This document shows positions 53,606 through 64,000 of a stretch of DNA of 64,000 nt, in pieces. Below the pieces are notes generated by a model. That model ran no database searches. It saw only the letters and a program-made list of their open reading frames with translations, and was not told the DNA's origin. Source of the stretch: Octopus sinensis (lineage: Eukaryota); NCBI RefSeq assembly GCF_006345805.1, contig NC_043000.1, positions 49,538,001-49,602,000 of the forward strand. Direction: 5' to 3'. Numbering within the stretch: the first letter of the stretch is position 1; every line of letters starts with the position of its first letter. Position numbers and translations under genes: made by a program.

Positions 53606-55083
53606 TATATATACACATATGTATCTATGTATATCCACACATACACATATGTGTATGCACATTGCAGCATATTACTTAATACACATGCATACACACACAC
53701 TCATACTACATATATATATATGTATATATATGTGCATATGCATATGAATGCATGCATTTATCTATCTAGCAATCTATTTTTCAATAGATATACACATACA
53801 TACATATATTTATCTAACTATCTATTTATTAACATGATGTGTGAGGAGTATATCCAAAGATAACAGTTTTGCTAAAATTTCACCAGCACCAGTCTAGACT
53901 GTGACTAAAGGAAGTAGTGCTGCTCTTATTGATTTATAATTCAAAATGATGCCATTCAATCATATCAGGAATCGGCAAAGTTATATGGTATTTCTGTCAA
54001 ATGGATTAAATGGGTTTTCAATTATATCTCCGTCATTTCCATTATATCAACACTAGTTCAACCCATAACTTCACTGATTGTCTTCAATGATTTCAAATTA
54101 AAAAATAATAAGGCGTGGCACATTAGGCAAGTGTCTTCTTCTATAGCCCCAGGTTGACTAATGACTTGTGAGTGGATTTGGTTAAAAGAAACTGGTGAAA
54201 GTGGCTGAAAGTCTGTCATCTTTGTTATTTAAACATTTACTTTTCCATGCTTGCATGGGTTATATATATATATCGATAGATAGATACATGTATATATATA
54301 TATGTGCGTGTGTGTGTGTGTATGCATACACATGTATGTATATAACAAAAAAAACTCAACTCTGTCTGTCACAAATGACTATGGGTGCACCTAACAGGTT
54401 CCCCTCCAGAGTATAAGTTTGGGTGGACTTATACGCACTGATGAACACACAACCTAGGGTTGTTTTTATGGAAGACCAGCAGTTGCCCATGATACCACCC
54501 TCCCCTCTCCACGGCACCGATGTTATCCAAGGGAAAGGCAAATGCTGATACAGCTTGGCACCAGTGATGTCACAACTCATTTCTACAGCTGAGTGAACTG
54601 GAGCAACATGAAGCAATGTCTCTTGCTCAAGAACACAACAAGCAGCCCAGTCCAGGAATCAAACTCACAATCTCATAAGTGGGAGCTTGACACTCTAACC
54701 ACTGAGCCATGTGCCTTCACCCATACATACATATGTATATAAATATACACATATACATAAATGTGTATGTGTGTGTGTGTATATATATATATACACACAC
54801 ATTTATATACATATATATACACATATATATATATACATAATTATATATACATACATATATATACACACACATATATATGTATGTATATATATATATATAC
54901 ATATATATGTATGTGTGTATATATATATAATGGATGAATGAATTATCCTTTGTTTACAGTTAATACAGAAAATTCAATAAACAGTTACCAGGGTAGCAAA
55001 ATTCATGCAAGTAATGTATAGTAATTTGTATAGTATAAGTAAATAAATGGAGTTGAACGCAGATGTTATTCAAATTCTTTTAT

Positions 55084-55167
55084 TTTCAACATATGTTTCA
55101 AAGACAACATTGGTTTTATTCCAAAGGAATAAACGGTGTAAAATAATGTAATCTTCTCATCAGGAAA
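55084..55167 (-). ncRNA. Partly decayed type I hammerhead with long stem II
   Basis: UUUC CUGAUGA GAAGA [internal hairpin] UCUUU GAAA CAUAUG UU|GAAA: palindromic ACAUAUGU stem III, G-U at 10.1/11.1, GUU triplet. Confidence 0.55.
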
Positions 55168-58100
55168 GAAAGAGAACCCATCTCAATAAGAAGACATTAT
55201 AACAATATGTATATATATGTATGTTTGCATTAATCTGATTTAGGAGCATACACTTGTTTTGTATAATGCTTAGCATTATACAACATTAATGCAAACTTGC
55301 GGATATGATTTCCCGCATACTGAAATTAATGCCATAAGAAGAAGATTGTGAAACAGCTGTCATCCCAAGGAAGTCACATGGTTTAATAAAGCTATATTCA
55401 CATCTCATACTGCTTGACTTTACACTTTTGTATAATTGTTCATTGGTTGGTTGGTTTGTTGGTTGCTTAGTTAATTTCTCCAGTCACATTCTAGACTGTA
55501 TAGAAAAAGAGAGGGGACGAAGAGAGTAAATGGGAGATGCAAAGGGAGTTAACATAGGAGGTGCAGGATTAAGGTCTTATAAGTTCTGAAAAATATTTTG
55601 CAAATGAAATTTTGCAGAGATAAGTTATCAATAGATTACTTTGCAATTATATTGATAAAATTTTGAAAAAAAAATAATGACTTATATTCATTGCTAATAT
55701 ATAAATGAGAAATTTGTATTATTTAATTTTATTTTAAGCTAATAATACTTTTCCTTTGAAAATTAATATTCATTTCATTATTTCATTTAAGCGCCAAGAA
55801 ATTTGATAAAAGTTTGATTATTGTACGTATGCCATGTCACCTGATATTACCTACAGTGGCAAAAAAATATACTTCTAATGTTATACATTATGTGACAGGT
55901 TACACTTTAATAAACGCATACATATATATATGTATGTGTGTGTGTGTGTGTGTTTGCTCATGTGCATTTGCACATGTTTTTGTGATTTTATTTGTGCTTC
56001 TTATACTTGACAATCAGCATTGGTTTCTTTACAATCAAGTAACTTCTAGTAACTTAGCAGTTCAGCAAAAGAGACCAATACAATGAGAACCAGATTTACA
56101 CATGCATACATTCATCACACATTGAAGCACTTAGTTACTTATTGTATCTCACCCTGGTTTATTTTGCATTCCATCCGTCACTAGCAGGCATTGCTCCAGC
56201 AAGGTCGCTGTCTAATGACTGAACGAGTAACAAATATAATAACAACAAAAAAGTATAAACATATATTTTGGAAAAGTCATCTTTGTGAATACTAAACACA
56301 TGCAATAACTGTGGTTATTATTCATTTCTTAATTAATTAATTTATTTATTTGTTAATTATTTTGCTTTGTTATTGATATCAAAGTATTTTCCCTACACTA
56401 AAGCAGTGAATTCAGAGAACAAGTCTCTGAAGTGTGATATAACACATTGATATTATAAAACAAAAAAAAAAAATGAAATAATAATTAAATAAATAAACAA
56501 AAACACACGCAAATTATCAATTATCTAATTAATTTAGAAGTGCATAACAACCACAATAACTGTATATGCATATATTATTGGTAACCTGGCTCTTTTAAAA
56601 TACAGCAATAGCTATTAAAGTGATAAGTTTCAGATAGGCACATGCATAGCTCTGTGTTTTTGTAGTTCACTCTACAACCACGTGGTTTCAAGTTCAGTCT
56701 TAGAACAAGGCGCCCTGGATTCTACTATAGCTCCAGGCTGATGAATGCCTTACAAGTGAATTTGGTATTCTTAAACAATTAAGATAACTCTTCCACAAAA
56801 TAACTGTTCATCATTATCATCATCATCATCATCATCATTATCAAGATTATGATCTTTATTAATCTAGGTTAGTTTTTCCATCCTGGCATAGTTTGGACAG
56901 GTCATCATGGTCTGCACCATTTTATACATGGAGCAATAAAGAACTGGCCAACTTTGGTATTGCAGATGCTTTTGATTGAGTACTGGAGCCATTCTATCAT
57001 ATCACCAACACTATAATGTTTGTTCTATGCTAAAAGAACTAATGCATCTCTTATACCTTGTACCATTTTATATTCATAATTAATACATTGTAGTTAGGTA
57101 CCATATGATGTTGCTAGTAGTGTCAATGTCTCACTGATATGTTTCATTCCGGCAGGATTTTTTACAGCTTATATCCTTTCTACCACCAACTATTTAACAG
57201 AATGTATTGAATGCATTTTATTCTGCCATAAGCACTAGAAACTGCCCTATGTGATGTCTGAATCAGGTTTTTATTTTGACACACATTTATAAACACACAT
57301 CAGATATGTATATTCTAGGTGTGCTGCACATCCAAGAATGAGGTTAAATTATTACTAATCATTATGTTCACTCAAAAATATAGCCATGGAGCTAAACAGG
57401 AACCTAATTGTTTTGTTCCCTATATGAAAGATGGTTGATACTTGTTCTGAGGAAACACTGTGCACTCACAGTTAGTTGCATCAGGAGGATATATATATAT
57501 AAATAATTAATAGCAGTATAATGAGAGTGTGGCGAAATTAAGAACCAAAGGATGAGTGACATTTCATAAGCGCAAATACAATGTTTGTTTCCATAATGAC
57601 TATGCATGGATTTGTTGAAAATTTGTAAAGTGAAACTAATTTTCGTTACACTGAAATCTCTCCTAGCAGTCTAATGGTATATGATATATATCATGATAAT
57701 GATTACAAGTCTGTCCTTGTAGTATAATGATATATGATATATATCATGATAATGATAACAATTCTGTTCTTGTAGTATAATGATATAACCTCATCATAAT
57801 TTGTTTTCAAATTGAATAAACACTCTCAAATGCAAAGTTTTGTCTAGTTGAAGTCTAGAACTGTTGACATTTATAATATTAACTGTTGTTTATACTAGTT
57901 GATTGGAACAGTTTTTCCCAGTAACTTGTGTTGATATGCTTGCTCAGTTTCATGATTTTTCTTATGATTTTTGTGCATTTTATAAACCAGAATACATTAA
58001 CATTGATCTGAAATACTAAACAGTTACAATGAAATATAGTTTTATTAAGCATATATTTTATTACTGTAATTCATACAGTAGAAAAGTTCTGTCGTCATGA

Positions 58101-58309
58101 TTGGAGTAAATCTCTCATGCAACAGGAAAAGTTTCTGTGTTTCAACAGTTTTATTAGAACCAATCACAGACCAGTAGTTGAACAACCATTTTGGTTATAT
58201 ACAGACAGAACTTATACTATTTCATCCTATTTCCAGCCAAGACATTGTGAAAGCAACACACAACAGAATTGACTTTCTTTTCAACTGGTCTAAGATATTA
58301 GACACCTTT

Positions 58310-60847
58310 AACCAGATGAGAAATCAATTTTCCGTAATCTCTAATTCACTAGGTTACAAAAACTTGTTATTTTCTTTTCTGTCTACTCCAAAGTATTATC
58401 CACTGGCAGAACATCTAACAGTCAAATGAAATTTTATTCACCGCCATTTTCTGCAACATTGAATTACACATTTGACTTAACAAACATGAACATATGTATA
58501 AGTGTTTTCTACAACACATTTATGCAAACATTGCTTTTATTAATGTTGTATATTGAAACTTGTTAATTGTCTACGCATGAATTACTATCAGTTTTCAAAC
58601 CTGTACTTTCATAACCTTTGGTAGAACATGTGTTGTTTTATTACTTTCAATTATCATACTTAGACCAGAAGTAGTCTATACGTTTATATGAATGATCTCA
58701 AGCTCATGTTCAAGCATTCTTGGATTACAAAATGTTTGACCAGCAGAGTATTGATCCCTTAATTGACAGTTGATGGCTGAACTATATCCCTTTAGCATTC
58801 AGATTATTCTGTTAAATGTAGTGCCTATTTATTCACATTGTGTTGAATTAATCATGTATTATCTCACAGCTTTGAGATTTTGATAATGTGATAGCTTATT
58901 TTTAGAACAACATTATAGGATAGATGTCAGAAGTTGGATCTGACTGGTTTGAATGTAAAATAAGGAAGAATATTTGGGCTGGATATGACCGGTTTAAATG
59001 CTAAATGGATATACAGACATTAGGAAAGTAAAAAGTAAAAACGGGAAACTTTGAAGAGGAGCATGAATACAATGTGTTTTCTATCAAAATAACTGTTCAT
59101 ACTGTGAGGTCATGGTGAGTCCAGTTCTACAACCAATAAATTGAATACTTCACTCAGAGTATGATTCATTCTTGAATACTCATTTATCTATTTTAACTGT
59201 GTTTCAAGGAGCTTCATAATTTGTGAAAAATGGCATCATTGATGATAGTGTGATATAAAGAAGGAGATAACTTCAGTCCTCTTTGTTGCAATCATATCTG
59301 ATGACATGTCAAATGTCATGTCAAAATCATCTCTCAAAACAATTTGGTATTTTGTTCATAAGGTCAAAGTAAAGTAAAATAAATATTGCCAAGTTGTTAA
59401 GCAGTTCATTTGTAACCATAGGGTTTGGGGTTACCTTAGGCTAGTGACTTCTACAATAGTTCTGGGCTGACCAAAGTCTTGTCAGCGAATTTGGTAGATG
59501 GAAACTTTGTCGTATACACATATGTGTGTATTTGTATGTATTTGTGTATGTGCATATGTGTGTTTGTGTTTGTCTCCCCACTGCTTGGCAACCAGTGTCA
59601 GTTTGTTTATGTCCCTGAAAGCTAGAGGTTCAGCAAAAGTGTATGCTGAATAAGCAGACTTAAAATTAGTACAAGTTCATTTGTTTGTCTAATCCTACAA
59701 GGTGGTGCTCCAGTATGGTCACAGTCCAACGACGGAAACAAATAAAAAAAGAATATGAAAGATATATTGGATTTACAGATGTTAGTGCTGATCTGACTTC
59801 TTGACATTTTGTTGATGTTATAAAGACGATGGAGAAATTTGATGTTCAAAATAAGTGATTGTTGGATATATGTGTTCAAATGGGACATTGGTCCAGAACT
59901 TGGAGAGCTAAAGAAGAGGCCCATGAATATCTGATAGGCCAGCCCCAAAAGTAAAAACAAATTTTTTTTTTATAAAACCTCACAGCACCAATTGAATTTT
60001 GAGCTCCCCTCCTGGGGTTCAAAAGTAATTTTGTTCAACCTTGTAAAATTTATCTCAGAGGATGTAGATTATTGGACAAATTTAGGATGGGGCTTGTATT
60101 ATGATGTGGTCATGTAAATTCTCTTTAAAATTTGCTACAAATCAAAGTGTCTGGTGTTCCATTCTATTGCAAGAAGATAGATATGATTCAACAACTTACG
60201 TATGATAAAGAATATGAAATTAAAGCCCTTTAGGCTTCTGCTGTGTTCAGAAGGGCTTAGGTTAGGAGAACATAAAACAGAAAATGAAAAAGAAAAACGA
60301 AAAAATCTAATTTCATGGAGTGAACCAGAGTATAACCAATAGCTCAAACATGCAGATAGATTGTAGGTACTTTCCTCTTTCAAAGCCGGCGATTTTCCAG
60401 TTGCTTTGGAATGAGAAATATAAAAAGTACAAAAAAAATTCCTTGAAAATTTTATAAATAAGCTGAAGGATATCTATGGTTCTCTCTTTGATTACATTTG
60501 CTTGAACAATAAGATGTCTTATGCTGCATGTACACCCTGAGTTTTCATGCTAAAATGTGCATAGACTAATTGAGTTGGTGGTGGAAGGAGTTTTATTCTA
60601 TTGCTTCAAAGAAGTATTGTGGGTAGTTGAGTTTATTCTGATTGTACCTAGCAACACTGATTCAGCAGAATGTACATTTTCTGCTTTGAAACAAATAAAT
60701 ACCTGCTTCCTTGGATAACAAAACTTCAGTTTATTCTCTATTGAAAACATGTATTGATGAAATTGAATCAAAGTGGCTTGTTAAAAGATGAGATTATAGA
60801 AGAGTTTACTTCTAGAAAAAAGAAGAATAGAAATGACGTACAAGTGA
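58310..60847 (+). pseudogene. Fragmented hAT (Tip100/ZMYM1-like) transposase with nested MITE and SINE
   Basis: Remnants in the expected order: HVQAFLDYKMFDQQSID; KRETLKRSMNTMCFLSK..GHGES; EYDSFLNTHLSILTVFQGAS; FVAIISDDMSNVMSKS; ERYIGFTDVSAD; hATC-like FKEVLWVVEFILIVPSNTDSAECTFSALKQINT; KRRIEMTYK*. Many stops and frameshifts. Confidence 0.8.
58787..59009. mobile_element. piggyBac-like MITE nested in the hAT remnant
   Basis: Degenerate TIRs ccctttagcatt / aatgctaaatgg. Confidence 0.5.
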
Positions 60848-63330
60848 ATTAAATACGTGAAATTATGTGGTGCTTTTAACTTATGCGTAAAATAAAATTC
60901 ATCTCTCATTTTGCAATTTATACAATTTATACATTATTAAAAATTCAGTTTATTTATGCATGACGATTCATATCATTTGCAATTTGCAATCCATGTTACG
61001 TATTATTATACATAACAAACAATGCAAAAATAGCCTAAAACTTGTATGTATATTTTAAAGTAAAACTTCTCCTGTGTATAAAGTAATTACTTTACACACA
61101 TTCACAAAGCACACACACACACATTCTCAAATGGATATTTCTTCAAAAATCAAAGAGAAAGAAGATAACTGTTGACAATTACTGCAAAGCCTTCAGTTTC
61201 TATACCCAGATTATAAATTCACATTATATCCATAATAATTGGTGCATTTGGTTTGTGAGTAGATGCCAAAGTGACAATCAGCATAAGTGATGGTTTTCAT
61301 AAAAAGGGATCAACCAGCTAATATGCACATTACAATCTGTAAGCAGAACAATAAAAATATAGAAGACTTTCCTCAAGTGCAAAATGTGACGGTGGTTTTA
61401 GTTGTCTGCATTCCAATGATGGTATTTTGTGTATTTGTTAGAAACCAGCTCCTTTCTTACAAGAAGACTTCAAATAATTAAAAATCCAACAGAACACATA
61501 CAGACATGCATGCATGCACGTCCACACACACACACAAATGCACATACACTTAAACATTCATACAGACATACATAATGGTAAATGTATGTTCTTAAGGGAC
61601 AGAGTCAGCATCCATTGACAAAGTTGCAAAAGCAACAAAAGTTATTCCTATGTACGTTTCACCAATGTGGTTGTTTGGAACACTGCATTGAATCTTGCAA
61701 CTGCAATTGAATGGTTAGCCACAACAGCTCATCAAGAAATACTTTATTGCATTATGTTACAGTGAACTGGGTAGATGGCAGGGCATTTTGAGAAGTATTT
61801 TGAGAGGTTAGTTGAAATAAAGGTATTGGTAGAGAAAGATAAGCTGGACTAAGAGACAGGGGAAAGTGAGACAGATAGCAAGAGTGAGAATGAAGAGAGA
61901 GAAAAGGGACAAAAAATAGAAGGAAAGAAAACAAGGGAAAATTAAGTCGGACAACCATAAAAGGGAAAGACAAAAAATATATAAACATGACATAGCAAGT
62001 GAAATAAATAAATAAGTAAATACGCCCGAGTGATATAGGAAGAGAGAAAGATAAGAATGGATAGTGAGAATGAGAGCACAAGAGAGAGGGACAAGAAAGT
62101 AAGAGATTATTTATTAAAGGGGAGTCAGTTAATTGTTAGTTAACATATTGATTGGAACCAAAAGAAATTGGAAAATGAATATAAACACAAATACATACAT
62201 AAATATGAGTAGGTCATGACCCCACACAGGATAGGTATGCAAAGGTCATTTTGTATATTTCAAAAGGACTAATTCTAAACACACATACCTTTTTTAAACA
62301 CACACACATATATATGCACTCACACTCTTATATACCTGCATAGATTTCATTTAATTCTGTTAGAGGTAATTGCTATCTAAATTATGGTAAATGTTAACTC
62401 CAAAGCAGATGGAAACCAAAATAACAAACATAAAGCACAGGGAGAATTCAAAATCTTTTTATTTTCTCATTTTACTATTATTCCAATAATAATCTGCTTT
62501 ATTTTGTGATTTCTATATCACAATAATTACCTATTATTACAATGAGTTTTAGAACTTTGAGTCAGTTAACCTTTAATAGCGATAAACTCTCTAAATCCCG
62601 TTATAAATCTATTATCTTGTTTTATAAAGTAATTTGGACTTATGTTTTGTAAATATCAGTTGCATGAAACAAATTTCACAAGTTGGTATTTACAAGTTAT
62701 GAATTTACTAATAAAACTTCAGCCTCATTTTTTTACAAATTGGAACTTCAACTCCCAAATGCCAAATCACTAACCAAGCATTCTTATTTCTAGATCTTAC
62801 TTTAACACATGTAATATATAAACATACAAACCTTCTGTATAATTTATACATACATACATATATATACATATATACACACACACACACTTACACTCATACA
62901 CATCCACACATCAAGCTCACCAGCCCATATCCACATGCACACACACACACTCTTGCATACACATGCACACACACTTTCGTTTTGGGATCACCAATACATT
63001 ATTACCTCCCATTCTTCCTACCTCTCCTGTCTCACTACCTCTAAAGCTTTTTTTATTCTCACTTTATATATTTTCTCGTGTTCCTTTCTGTTGATGAGCA
63101 TAGGCTCGAAACATAAAAGACTTTCTCACCTTCCAGAGCATTAAACTAATACACCTGCTTGTTGTTTATATGCCTGTCTTTAGCTGTTGATTTTTGGTAA
63201 ATTCCAACTATATATGTGTATATATATATTTATTATATATGTATATATATTTATTATATTATGTATGTATATATACATGTGAGTATATATATATATATAT
63301 ATATATGCTATATATATGTTGTATATATGT

Positions 63331-63361
<31 letters not shown>

Positions 63362-63449
63362 TATATATATATATGTGTTATATATATATATTATATATAT
63401 ATATGTATATATGTATTATACATGTATATATGTGTATATATATATACAC

Positions 63450-63592
63450 ATAGCGGTTCGGCAAAAGAGACCGATAGAATAAGTACTGGGCTTACAAAAG
63501 AATAAGTGCCGGGGTCGAGTTGCTCGATTAAAGGCGGTGCTCCAGCATGGCCGCAGTTCAAATGACTGAAATAAGTAAAAGAGTAAAAGAGA
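63450..63592 (+). mobile_element. SINE 3' half
   Basis: Near-identical to 17711-17850. Confidence 0.85.
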
Positions 63593-63593
63593 G

Positions 63594-63628
<35 letters not shown>

Positions 63629-63743
63629 TAGATAGATAGATAGATATGCCTGGCTGGCTCCCCATGGCGGTGGCATGTAAAATGCACCATCCTAATAATA
63701 CACTATATATATATATATAGTGTATTATTATAGTGTATTTTAT

Positions 63744-63784
<41 letters not shown>

Positions 63785-63820
63785 CTAGTGTATTATATTG
63801 TATATATTATATATTTAATG

Positions 63821-63868
<48 letters not shown>

Positions 63869-64000
63869 ATTACATTATATATATAGTGTATTCTAATATA
63901 TATATTGTATAGTATATTATATACATATATACATTATATATATATATATATTTATATGTATATATACATACTGTAAAATATATATATATGTATATGTGTG

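Noticed and set aside
52960-54110. Possible decayed Charlie/SPIN-type hAT fragments on the minus strand (SKSVAIMDGTEAVGKEK); similar hint at ~18780-18880
   Set aside because: Similarity is too weak to assert without an alignment.
63085-63125. TTGATGAGCATAGGCTCGAAACATA, a minimal HHR-like motif
   Set aside because: C3 is altered, stem II has only one pair in the correct register, and there is no adjacent stem I pairing. Possibly a Penelope remnant, but not supportable as a ribozyme.

Overview
AT-rich, microsatellite-dense animal DNA, probably from a cephalopod (Octopus-like); this is inferred from the repeat landscape and not tested by search. I found no host protein-coding exon I can support, so the window looks intronic or intergenic. 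It holds many tRNA-derived SINEs and MITEs, plus decayed R4/Dong-type and RTE LINE fragments, a Tc1 fragment and a fragmented Tip100/ZMYM1-type hAT transposase. The strongest signal is a set of type I hammerhead ribozyme (HHR) motifs. Three identical, intact-core HHRs sit in a ~475-bp near-perfect tandem array (39.1-40.55 kb) that looks like a retrozyme able to release unit-length, circularisable RNAs. A canonical GUC-cleaving HHR lies next to it in a rearranged 534-bp unit (40.7-41.5 kb). Further related or decayed HHRs occur at 4.5, 24.0, 32.7, 36.7, 52.2 and 55.1 kb, several inside fold-back palindromes of the kind made by Penelope-like elements. All structures and translations were read by eye.
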